Shown here in pieces: positions 1-9,172 of a stretch of 64,000 bases of DNA. The translations under genes and the position numbers were made by a program. The DNA is taken from the sequence record NC_025447.1. One strand, written 5' to 3'. Each line of letters starts with the position of its first letter. Position 1 is the stretch's first letter. The notes under the pieces are model-generated. The model worked only from the letters and a program-made list of their open reading frames with translations. It did no database searches and was not told the DNA's origin. Origin of the DNA: Escherichia phage 121Q.

Positions 1-3000
1 AGCACTATTAAGTGTTGAGCTACCAGAAATATTAGCACTAGAAGCAGTAATAGTTCCAGAATCAACTTGTATACCACCAGCAACAACCTGAATTCCACCA
101 GCATTAACTGTTAGTTTACCAGCAGTATTCAATGTATTTGAAACTGTTGTTGCACCAGTTAAAGTTGTAGTGCCAGTTACACCTAAGTTACCAGAAATAG
201 ATGGACTACCTGTAATGTTACCAGTAGTTAGTATCAAATCAGTACCTACGGTAGTGGAGCCAGTACTTTCTAGTGTTACACCGACGATGTTTGCAGAACT
301 TAGGTTAATAGTACCATCAACAGTTAAGTTACCTTGAACGGTTGCATCACCTAGAGAAGTTAATGTCTTCACAGACACATCAGTTGTGCTAAGATCAATA
401 ACACCCGCAGTTAGTGTTCCAGATACTGCTAAATTACCAGTAATCGCGGTATTTTTAGTAATGGATACATTTTCTGCCGCTGAAGTAATAGAACCAACAG
501 TAAGTACACCACCAACAGTTGCGTTATTAGTTACATTTAGAGCAGTTCCAACACCAGATAGTGTTGCTGACCCACCAGTAATTGCACCTGAGATTGAAGC
601 TGTTGCTGCTGAAACATCACCAGAAACTACTGCATTTGTTGCATTTAGAGCAGACACTGTAACTTCAGTACTTTGAACTTTAGGTAGAACGTTGATACCT
701 TCTGCACTACTAACTGTAATAATACCAGTACTTGTTAGAGATTTAACAGATACATCAGCACCACTTAAATCAACTGTACCAGAAACAACAAGATCTCCAC
801 CAATATTTGCTCCAGCGGTAGTAGTAATGGATTTTGCACTTACATCAGTTGTGCTCAAATCAATTGCACCTGGTGTTACTGTACCAGAAACTGTTAGGTC
901 ACCAGTAATAGATGTATTATTGGAAATAGATACACCATCAACGTTACTAATTGTTGGGGTTTCTACAGAAACTGCTTTAACTTTACCTGAAGAAGTTACG
1001 TCAGCTACGGTAGATGCACCAGTAACATTCAAATTAGTAATATTTGCAGTTGTTGAACCAAGGGTTGCAATAGTTGCATCAGTACTTTGAAGTTTAGGTA
1101 GAACACTACTAATTGTGGATTCATTACTAACAATTGCACCAGTACTAGTTAAAGATTTGACAGTAACATCAGCCGTAGTAAGATCTACTGTACCATTAAC
1201 AGTTAGGTTACCACCAATAGTTGCACCAGCAGTAGTAGTAATGGATTTAGCATTAACATCAGTTGTTGCTAGATCGATAGAGCCTGGAATAACTGCACCA
1301 GTAACAGTTAGGTCACCAGTTACATTTGTATTATTGGAAATAGTGACACCACTTGCATTTGAAATGGTTGGGGTAACCAACGATGCAGTTGTAGTTTCAC
1401 CAGTTACAGTTAAAGTTGACCCAACTAGAACAGATGAGCTTGAGTAAATTGTACCCAAATTAGCAGATCCGGTAACAGTTATATCATCAGCATTAACAGT
1501 AGTTGCCGTTATGGTAGTACTATTAAGTACTGGAAGTACGTTAGCATTAACAAGATCATTACTTTTAACAATACCAGAAGTAGTTAATGATTTAACATTA
1601 AGGTCGGCTGCTGATAAATCAAAAGAGCCTTGAACTACTAAATCACCACCAATAGTTGCACCAGCAGTAGTAGTGATTGATTTAGCATTAATATCGGTAG
1701 TGCTCAAGTCTAGAGAACCAACAGTTAAGCTACCAGTAATATCAACATTTTCTGTAAAGTTAGTATTACCACTAATAGTTGGTGCAGTCAGAGTTGTTGC
1801 ACTAATATTAGTACCGTTAATTGTTTGCCCACTTACAGTTCCACTCGCAGTGATAGTAGGGGCCGTTACTTCAGTAGATGCACTAATTGTTGGTGCAGAT
1901 ACAGAAGTTGTACCAGTAATAGAACCAGAACTTACTGAACCAGCGGATAATGCACCAGAAAGAGTTGCAGTTGTACCAGCAATATCACCAGTAACAGTTA
2001 GTTTAGCACCCACGGTAGTGTTACCAGTACTTTCAAGTGTTGCACCTTTAATATTTGCTGCCGCGACAACAGAATTAGGTGTTAGATCCTGCCCACTAAC
2101 ATCAACAGTTAGTCCAGTTACTGTTCCAGTAAATTCAACATCATTAAGAATTGCTTTACCACCAACTTGTAGGAATGGTGTACCTGGAGCTTGTGTTTCG
2201 TTACCAGTAATAGTTAGGTAATCTAGTTTGTTTAGACCGTTACCAGTAATACCATAAGTGGAAAGAGAAGCGTTACCGAAAGTTGCTGTTTTAAGAACGT
2301 TCAATGTAGAAGGAGAAACGACTTCTGATTGAACTTCGTTAGGTAGAATAACTGTTGGGCGTTGACCTGGTGCAGTATATCCAAAACCTAGTTTCACTGC
2401 CGCATCTTGACTATTTTGACCTAAGCTGATAGCTTTAAAGGATGCAGTACTGTTATAACCAGTAATATTAGAACCAAGAGTAACACCACCAACTAATGAA
2501 GTTACACCAGTAACGTTCAAAGATACTGCATTAATATCGTCTAGTTGGAACGTTCCACCAAGAAGACCAGAAACATTAATGTTATTAAAATTAGCAGTAC
2601 CAGTACTTTCGATATTTGGAATAGTTGCAGTTCCGGTTACTTCAAAGTCAGCAACTTTAGTTTTTCCTTTTTGAACTTCTAATAGTGGTGTGTCTGGTGA
2701 TTGTGTATTGTTACCAGAAACTGTTAGATAATCTAATTTGTTTAGACCATTACCAGTAATACCATAAGAAGATAATGACGCATTACCAAAAGAAGCAGAG
2801 GTCAATACTGTCAAGTTTGCAGGTGACATTAGCTCGGACTGAATTTCGTTTTGTAGAATAACAGTTGGGCGTTTACCAGGAGCAGTGTAAGGGAAGCTTA
2901 ATCTGAAGGTTTGTGATTCAGAGTTAGAACCAATACGAATGTCTTTAAAAGTAGCAGTACTGTTAATACCAGTTACGTTAGCACCGAAAGTTACTGCACC

Positions 3001-3612
3001 TTGTTGGTTAGATGCACCAGTAACGTTCAATGTTACTGCATTTAAGTCAGATAGATTAAACTCACCACCAAGTGTACCACTAATTGTCACATCGTTAAAT
3101 GTAGCAGTACCAGTACTACTAATATCTGTTGTACTTACATTAGTAATTTCTGCGGTATTAGCAGTAATTTTATCAAATGCAGCAGTAGTCCCAACATCAG
3201 CAGTAATATTACCTTTAAATGCTGTTGTTTCAGCAACTTCTAAGTTTTTAACTTTAGTTGCTTGTAGAGTGGTTGTACCAGCAGTTTGTGTAAAATCAGA
3301 ACCAACTGATACAGTACCGTTAAAGGTAGCGTTTGAATTAATTGTTGCTGTATCAGACCCGACAACTGCACTACCGATTGTAGTATTACCCTCAACACCA
3401 AGACCACCAGAAAGTGTTGCTTTGCCACCTACATCTAAAGTAGATGTAATGTTGGCAGTTGATGATTCAATGGCAGTAAAAGTTGCATTTGCAAAAGTTA
3501 CAGTACCATTTACAGTTAGGTTATTGTTGAAAACAGCATTTCCTTTGACTAAAAGATCCTTACCAACCGTACCAGCACCAGTAATATCTAAGTCAGTTTT
3601 TATTGAGTACAT
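1..3612 (-). CDS. Long tail fiber protein, partial (3' end lies beyond the window start); Gly/Thr/Ser/Asn-rich with internal tandem repeats
   Basis: Minus-strand ATG at 3610-3612 preceded by GGAGG; my translation begins MYSIKTDLDITGAGTVGKDLLVKGNAVFNNNLTVNGTV and stays open as far as I read. Absent from the ORF track, presumably because it has no stop inside the window. The plus-strand ORFs 386-3682 are its antisense frames. Confidence 0.6.
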   Translation of the reverse strand, partial: MYSIKTDLDITGAGTVGKDLLVKGNAVFNNNLTVNGTVTFANATFTAIESSTANITSTLDVGGKATLSGGLGVEGNTTIGSAVVGSDTATINSNATFNGTVSVGSDFTQTAGTTTLQATKVKNLEVAETTAFKGNITADVGTTAAFDKITANTAEITNVSTTDISSTGTATFNDVTISGTLGGEFNLSDLNAVTLNVTGASNQQGAVTFGANVTGINSTATFKDIRIGSNSESQTFRLSFPYTAPGKRPTVILQNEIQSELMSPANLTVLTSASFGNASLSSYGITGNGLNKLDYLTVSGNNTQSPDTPLLEVQKGKTKVADFEVTGTATIPNIESTGTANFNNINVSGLLGGTFQLDDINAVSLNVTGVTSLVGGVTLGSNITGYNSTASFKAISLGQNSQDAAVKLGFGYTAPGQRPTVILPNEVQSEVVSPSTLNVLKTATFGNASLSTYGITGNGLNKLDYLTITGNETQAPGTPFLQVGGKAILNDVEFTGTVTGLTVDVSGQDLTPNSVVAAANIKGATLESTGNTTVGAKLTVTGDIAGTTATLSGALSAGSVSSGSITGTTSVSAPTISASTEVTAPTITASGTVSGQTINGTNISATTLTAPTISGNTNFTENVDITGSLTVGSLDLSTTDINAKSITTTAGATIGGDLVVQGSFDLSAADLNVKSLTTSGIVKSNDLVNANVLPVLNSTTITATTVNADDITVTGSANLGTIYSSSSVLVGSTLTVTGETTTASLVTPTISNASGVTISNNTNVTGDLTVTGAVIPGSIDLATTDVNAKSITTTAGATIGGNLTVNGTVDLTTADVTVKSLTSTGAIVSNESTISSVLPKLQSTDATIATLGSTTANITNLNVTGASTVADVTSSGKVKAVSVETPTISNVDGVSISNNTSITGDLTVSGTVTPGAIDLSTTDVSAKSITTTAGANIGGDLVVSGTVDLSGADVSVKSLTSTGIITVSSAEGINVLPKVQSTEVTVSALNATNAVVSGDVSAATASISGAITGGSATLSGVGTALNVTNNATVGGVLTVGSITSAAENVSITKNTAITGNLAVSGTLTAGVIDLSTTDVSVKTLTSLGDATVQGNLTVDGTINLSSANIVGVTLESTGSTTVGTDLILTTGNITGSPSISGNLGVTGTTTLTGATTVSNTLNTAGKLTVNAGGIQVVAGGIQVDSGTITASSANISGSSTLNSA
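676..1800 (-). repeat. Three tandem copies of a ~400-bp coding repeat inside the long fiber gene
   Basis: Blocks starting near 676, 1088 and 1520 share long near-identical stretches (for example accagcggtagtagtaatggattttgcacttacatcagttgtgctcaaatc versus accagcagtagtagtaatggatttagcattaacatcagttgttgctagatc); boundaries approximate. Confidence 0.5.
2219..3210 (-). repeat. Two tandem copies of a ~480-bp coding repeat inside the long fiber gene
   Basis: Copy 1 about 2219-2700 and copy 2 about 2729-3210, both starting taatcta(g/a)tttgtttagacc...accagtaataccataag; encoded units share ...PGxRPTVILxNExQSExxSP...FGNASLSxYGITGNGLNKLDYLT.... Boundaries approximate. Confidence 0.5.
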
Positions 3613-3706
3613 TTATACCCTCCATTATAACCTTGTTAATATGTATATATTTAGTTTTATTATGCTGTTATCCAACAATTAATATGTTATTTGACAAAAG
3701 CAAATA

Positions 3707-3749
3707 TAATAAAAACCAGACTTATTTAGAACAAGTCTGGTTAATTTTT
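3707..3749. terminator. Bidirectional terminator hairpin between two fiber genes
   Basis: Stem CCAGACTT/AAGTCTGG (3716-3740) flanked by an A-run and a T-run. Confidence 0.55.
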
Positions 3750-4646
3750 TTACTTACCAGAGATGACAATCTTACCACTGAAAGAAATATCAGAAGTGAA
3801 GATTACATCACCAGTACTACTAATTTGTGTATCAGTCACTACCAATTCAAATGGAGATGACGAAACACTCCCAGGTGTTTTATTTGCATAAATTGAAATA
3901 TACAAATTATCTGGTGTTTGATTGTGTTCAGATGCAGGAATAGTGATTGTAAAATCACCATCACTAGAAACCCAATCTGCTTGGTTTACCAATTTACTAT
4001 AAGGTACTGTCATTGTTGTTGCTCCTATAATGTTTACTTTAACACTTGCATAATCTGTGATTTGACCAATCACATCAATTGTTATATCCCCAATACCACT
4101 AACTGTTACTGTGGTTTGGAATACTGATTCCAATGCAACATTACCTGGGTCACCTTGTAGTTGGATCATAATATCAGAACCTCTACCATGAACTGATTCT
4201 GGTAGTGTGTAAGTATAATGATCAGTAGTATCTGGCACTAATGTAAATGCAGAAACAGGAACTATTTCAGTAGTTACATATGAGCTATCAGTCCCAGGTG
4301 AGCTACCTTTAAATGGTTTCCAAATACCAAGATCTTTAATATAAATTTGAAGAACATTAGTACTATCAACCAAAAAGTAAACGTCACCATCTAGACCGAT
4401 CGAATCGGATGGTGCTGTTGTTCCACGTAAGATACCAGAACTACCACCACCACTGTGTGCGTTTAAATATCCCAATGTAACCAAGTGTGTGTTTGCAGTT
4501 GGTTCACCTGCTGAAATTGGAAGAAGTTGTGTTCCTGAGTAGTTTTGAATTTGCACAACACTACCATTTGTGGTAATCTGTGCACCATTCTTCCCAAGAA
4601 TGAAGGACTTCTTCATGGTTCCTTCTAAATTAGAAAAAACTGCCAT
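3750..4646 (-). CDS. Receptor-binding / tail fiber protein with N-terminal module shared with the 4663-6804 gene
   Basis: 298 aa; N-terminus MAVFSNLEGTMKKSFILGKNGAQI nearly identical to the neighbouring gene; GGAG ribosome-binding site upstream; terminator hairpin immediately downstream. Confidence 0.55.
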   Translation of the reverse strand: MAVFSNLEGTMKKSFILGKNGAQITTNGSVVQIQNYSGTQLLPISAGEPTANTHLVTLGYLNAHSGGGSSGILRGTTAPSDSIGLDGDVYFLVDSTNVLQIYIKDLGIWKPFKGSSPGTDSSYVTTEIVPVSAFTLVPDTTDHYTYTLPESVHGRGSDIMIQLQGDPGNVALESVFQTTVTVSGIGDITIDVIGQITDYASVKVNIIGATTMTVPYSKLVNQADWVSSDGDFTITIPASEHNQTPDNLYISIYANKTPGSVSSSPFELVVTDTQISSTGDVIFTSDISFSGKIVISGK

Positions 4647-4662
4647 TTTAATATAATCTCCT

Positions 4663-6804
4663 TTATGGTAGGGTTATGTAAGTTACGGGTTGGGCAGCTT
4701 TTAATGCTGCACCAGCGGCAGTTGCTGTTATGATAGGATCTGCAATATCAATTCTATATACGTTGTTTACAACATACACTGCACGAGTTATATACGTTCT
4801 CAAATCACCACCATTTTCACCAGCACCGGATATAATGATCTCAGTACCAGCAGCTTTTGCATATTGGTTTTCACCCCATGACACACCCAATGCTTCTATG
4901 TATGTTTGTCCTGCTACCGTTTGTCTAATTGTGTCATATTTTCCGAAAAAAGAACCACCAACAGTTACAATATATTTTCCACCCGATTGTTTATGAATAA
5001 TCGTGCCTTCAGAGAAATAGCGTCCCCCAGGAAAAGTATCGTATGGAATATAATATTGCTCAACTACAGGTATCAGTACTGGGCCACGGTGACCTGTACC
5101 ATCGATTGCAGTTGTAACTTTAAAGTTATTAGATGATTGGTCTATTCTGTCTACATACATTTTAGAAAAACTATATTTTGAAACATTACAATCATCTTGA
5201 ACAACACAGTTAGTCCAATTAGTATAAGTATATTTAGAGCGAGTATAGATACCACCACCTTCGCCTTCGGTAGAGAGGTGTTGACCAATTACATCTAATT
5301 CTTTAGTTCTAATATCACTAAATTTAGATGATGATGGCAAACCACGCCAAAGGATTTTAGAACAAGTGATATTGCTCAATTCTGTATTATTTAACCAATT
5401 ATCAGAACCGGAAGTATAAACAAGTATAGAAGACTCTGGAATATAGAGATTAGAAATTTTAAAGTTTCTAGGTGGTCCAGCAAAACGACCAGAAGTTACA
5501 CCCCAGTTTATTGAAACCATTCTATTTGTGATAGAAGGATCATTAAGCAAATGACCAGTCAACCCATCAATAATGAATTCTTTCGAACCATAAGTTATAA
5601 CACCAGCAGTGGTTAATCCAGTACCAACAGAAACTAAAGATGATGGATAAACTTCATTATTAAGTATTTTAAAGTCCATTCCTAATTCAACGTGTATACA
5701 TTGTCTAACATTATATAGTCTGTTATTTTTAATAACAAAGTTTCTGACATATTGTGTATCTGGTGCATCTAAACCATAAGGACCAGAACCAGCAACGCCA
5801 ATACCAATGCCCCAGTTTGAAAGTGGGATTGGAGCGTTAGAACCATCAACGTTTTCAATTACGTTTCCTTCAATCACAAAACCATCAGGATAATGTGAGT
5901 TAATTACGTTTAGTTCAATTGCATCACCATAGATATCATGAATATGGTTATATGAATATCTACCAACCTTCATTTTCTCACCAGTACCTTGTTGAAGAAC
6001 ACCATACTTACATTGGGTCATTTCATTAAAGCAAAAATCTATTGTTCCTGGTTGTGTCATACCTTGCATTAAAAATGCAGCAGTACTTGTGATGTTTATA
6101 AATTTATTAAAATAAAACTTACCATCTCCACCGAAGAATTTTAAATAACATCCAGTAAGTGTTGCAAATTGTATTTGGGAATTAATAACAGATACCATAG
6201 TACCACCGTTACCAGTAATAGTTCCCCCAAACCAAGTTACATCTTCTAGGTATATTGCAGTTTTGATACGGTAATTACCACCAGCCTGAATTTGGATTTT
6301 ATTTTCTTTAGCATAAGCAGCACATAAATTTACAGCAGCAGTGTCATCAGTTTCGCCATCACCTTTAGCACCAAATTCTTCTGGTGTTATATAAAACTGG
6401 GCCTGTTGAACTGTACCTCCAGTAATAAGTCCGATGAAATCACCACCATTTTTACTGGATAGAACTTTTTTATTAATGTATAATGATTTTACCCATGTAC
6501 CATTACTTTTTGCAAAAATATCAACAATACCATCTTCATCAATTTGAAAATACGTATTATTGTTCTTTCCTACATCATCGGTAGGGGGTACAACACCAAA
6601 TAATGCATTAGGGTTATCTTCAAGATATTTTACGTTAACTGCTGAATTAGGGTCAGATGAAGTTCCTACCTTCAGTGGTAGGAACTGTTCTCCTAGATAA
6701 TCTTTTATAGAAACTGAATCATTGATAAAATTTATTGAAGCACCTTTTTTCCCCAATATGAATTTGGGCTGCATAGTTCCTTCAAAATTAGAAAATACTG
6801 CCAT
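4663..6804 (-). CDS. Tailspike-like protein with pectate-lyase-type beta-helix motif (putative polysaccharide depolymerase)
   Basis: 713 aa; shared N-terminus MAVFSNFEGTMQPKFILGKKGASI; GDGETDDTAAV motif (encoded 6340-6363) typical of pectate lyase 3 / tailspike beta-helix domains; GGGAGG ribosome-binding site. Confidence 0.6.
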   Translation of the reverse strand: MAVFSNFEGTMQPKFILGKKGASINFINDSVSIKDYLGEQFLPLKVGTSSDPNSAVNVKYLEDNPNALFGVVPPTDDVGKNNNTYFQIDEDGIVDIFAKSNGTWVKSLYINKKVLSSKNGGDFIGLITGGTVQQAQFYITPEEFGAKGDGETDDTAAVNLCAAYAKENKIQIQAGGNYRIKTAIYLEDVTWFGGTITGNGGTMVSVINSQIQFATLTGCYLKFFGGDGKFYFNKFINITSTAAFLMQGMTQPGTIDFCFNEMTQCKYGVLQQGTGEKMKVGRYSYNHIHDIYGDAIELNVINSHYPDGFVIEGNVIENVDGSNAPIPLSNWGIGIGVAGSGPYGLDAPDTQYVRNFVIKNNRLYNVRQCIHVELGMDFKILNNEVYPSSLVSVGTGLTTAGVITYGSKEFIIDGLTGHLLNDPSITNRMVSINWGVTSGRFAGPPRNFKISNLYIPESSILVYTSGSDNWLNNTELSNITCSKILWRGLPSSSKFSDIRTKELDVIGQHLSTEGEGGGIYTRSKYTYTNWTNCVVQDDCNVSKYSFSKMYVDRIDQSSNNFKVTTAIDGTGHRGPVLIPVVEQYYIPYDTFPGGRYFSEGTIIHKQSGGKYIVTVGGSFFGKYDTIRQTVAGQTYIEALGVSWGENQYAKAAGTEIIISGAGENGGDLRTYITRAVYVVNNVYRIDIADPIITATAAGAALKAAQPVTYITLP

Positions 6805-6818
6805 TATGACATCCTCCC

Positions 6819-7970
6819 TTAAATATTATCTTGAATCGGTTGGATAGGAGCTTGCCATGAAAGAGTACAAATAATTTCCATTTTTCCATAAGGACTGTTG
6901 TTAACAGAATCGTTGAATACACATGAAATAATTTCATCAACATCGGATGCTGCATGATTAGTTTCATTAACAATAAAACGCATCTGACGATTGATATCAA
7001 AGTAGGAAGTTGGTGCAATTACCGTCCCGCCAATATCTTCTTGTGCTTCACCACCAAAACGTACAAACATATCAGTTACTGGAAGAGAATAAGGTTGTAT
7101 AACGTTTACATCAATATTAGAAACTACATATCCAGCAGGACATGTACCAATAACTAATAGTGCGTTAGTCCATGAGCTATCTATGGTATTTCTAATAGAA
7201 ATTGTATCTTTACCTGGTGCACCTGGTTCGCCTTGTATACCTTGAATACCTTGCTGGCCTTCTTTACCACGGAATAGAATACCCTCACTCCACTCTTTTG
7301 AAGGAGGGGTAGTTGTAGTTACTTCATCAACATAATATAGTTTTCCATCAGTGTTGTTATAAAAACAATAATCAACTGGAAGATTTTCAATACTTGGAAA
7401 TTGATCACCACTGCTATCAATATGGAAACGACCACGCGGACCTTGTTCACCACGGAAAGGTATACCATCACTCCAAGTAGCAGTTACACTTTGATAGAAA
7501 TAAAGTTTACCATCTTGAGTATTATAAAATGTATAGTTATTAAAAAGACCAGTTGTTGGGAAAGTAGTTCCAGCACTATCAATGTGGAACGGCTTACCCG
7601 CTTCACCCGTATCACCTTTACCAAACTCAACACTAATCCATGTACTTGTCGGATCTTGTGCATCATTTGATTTAAAGTATAGAGTACTGGTATTGTTAGC
7701 CAAGCTTAAGTAGCACCACCCAAGTGGTTCACCAACTTTAAATTGTTCGGAAGGAATTTCAAAACCAATCTCATTAGGATAAAAGTTTTTACCATTCTCG
7801 CCATTCTGTCCTACAACAAGACCTAAATCTTGAATTGTGTTATCTGCATAGGTTACAATTAAATGCCCAGCACCATTAATAACTAGACTTTTGATGCCGG
7901 AGTTATTACATGAACCATTAAATGAAATTGTCATAATATTTCCCTTGTATGAGTTAATGTCATATACCAA
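6819..7970 (-). CDS. Tail fiber protein with collagen-like Gly-X-Y triplets
   Basis: 383 aa; GEQGPRGR and GKEGQQGIQGIQGEPGAPGKD collagen-like runs, each preceded by a duplicated ~60-aa unit (FHIDSAGTTFP... and FHIDSSGDQFP...). Confidence 0.5.
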   Translation of the reverse strand: MVYDINSYKGNIMTISFNGSCNNSGIKSLVINGAGHLIVTYADNTIQDLGLVVGQNGENGKNFYPNEIGFEIPSEQFKVGEPLGWCYLSLANNTSTLYFKSNDAQDPTSTWISVEFGKGDTGEAGKPFHIDSAGTTFPTTGLFNNYTFYNTQDGKLYFYQSVTATWSDGIPFRGEQGPRGRFHIDSSGDQFPSIENLPVDYCFYNNTDGKLYYVDEVTTTTPPSKEWSEGILFRGKEGQQGIQGIQGEPGAPGKDTISIRNTIDSSWTNALLVIGTCPAGYVVSNIDVNVIQPYSLPVTDMFVRFGGEAQEDIGGTVIAPTSYFDINRQMRFIVNETNHAASDVDEIISCVFNDSVNNSPYGKMEIICTLSWQAPIQPIQDNI

Positions 7971-8044
7971 TATTTATCAGTACAAAATACATTTCGTTAT
8001 CATTAATAAATAAATGAAAGTTCACTACTAAAAGGGCTTAAACA

Positions 8045-8542
8045 ATGGCATTAAGATCAAAAGACTTTCTCTTCAGAAGAAAAACAAAAGATGGTTCATG
8101 GCAAGATTTTCCTGAATCTGATAGCTGGTATCCAGCTAACTTGGATTATCACTGGAATGAACAAACGTTACCACTAGCAAGTGGTGGCTACTATGGCTGT
8201 ACTACAGGTTTACATACGATTTCATTTACACTACGTAATTTTATTGGTAGAATTTATGTGTTAGCTACATTAGCTAGTAATCCTACTGATGATGATTGGT
8301 TTCCAATTAAATTCACTGAAAGTTGTAATTATTATCTTGAATTTACTGATATGGTTATTTTAAATCCAAATGGTGGGGATTTAATTAGACAACAAGGAAC
8401 TACCGGAACATTTGCTGAAACAGTAACTGGTAATTTTACTTACCTTAAAGTTGGTATAGACCGTGATTATATTAGTAAGTATCCATCAGATGTCCAAAAA
8501 AGTTTAGCTGGGAAGTTAGAACAAATTTTAATTAACTACTAA
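8045..8542 (+). CDS. Hypothetical protein (first gene of plus-strand island)
   Basis: 165-aa ORF with AAGGG ribosome-binding site; no recognisable motif. Confidence 0.4.
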   Translation: MALRSKDFLFRRKTKDGSWQDFPESDSWYPANLDYHWNEQTLPLASGGYYGCTTGLHTISFTLRNFIGRIYVLATLASNPTDDDWFPIKFTESCNYYLEFTDMVILNPNGGDLIRQQGTTGTFAETVTGNFTYLKVGIDRDYISKYPSDVQKSLAGKLEQILINY

Positions 8543-8551
8543 GGATTAGAA

Positions 8552-9160
8552 ATGAAATTAGAAACAGAACAACCAAAACTATTTGTTAAAGGTCATGTCC
8601 TAATTACTGACGTTACTGATCCATCAAATCAAAAAATCGTTTTAGATAAATCTAACGCTATTCACCCTGAAAATATGAGTACTGCCATTGCTAATGCGTT
8701 AGCATATAATCAAGACAGTACTGGTATTCCTATTGGTTCTATTAGCGAGATGCGTTTTGGTAATGGTGGTACAGTAGTTTTAAGTACTGGGCGTGTTACT
8801 TATAAAAAACCACGTGTTACATCATTTGGTGGTTTGTATTCACAAACATATTTGAAAAAAATCAACCCAAGAATTACGGCTGGTATCGATTCACAATATA
8901 ATAATATTACGACTGTTCATATACCAGGTCAGTCCTATACTGATATTGTATGTATTTGTACTTTAGGCTTAGGTGAACCATCAGATCAAGGTGTGAGTTC
9001 AGGGACAAGCATGGACGGAACATATGTGTTTGATGAATTGGGATTATACACCGATGGTGATAGTGGTATTCCTTTAACACATATTATTTTCCACCCAGTT
9101 GAAAAAAGTGCAAACCGTGTTTTGCAAATTAAATACACTGTGCGTGTACAACTACAATAA
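8552..9160 (+). CDS. Hypothetical protein
   Basis: 202-aa ORF tightly packed after the previous gene; GGA ribosome-binding site. Confidence 0.4.
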   Translation: MKLETEQPKLFVKGHVLITDVTDPSNQKIVLDKSNAIHPENMSTAIANALAYNQDSTGIPIGSISEMRFGNGGTVVLSTGRVTYKKPRVTSFGGLYSQTYLKKINPRITAGIDSQYNNITTVHIPGQSYTDIVCICTLGLGEPSDQGVSSGTSMDGTYVFDELGLYTDGDSGIPLTHIIFHPVEKSANRVLQIKYTVRVQLQ

Positions 9161-9172
9161 TGGGGTCATATA

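Noticed and set aside
386-3682. Plus-strand ORFs of 96-247 aa (Val/Thr/Pro/Ala-rich) across the first 3.6 kb
   Set aside because: They are antisense frames of the minus-strand fiber gene, whose repetitive codons leave the opposite strand open; no ribosome-binding sites and low-complexity products.
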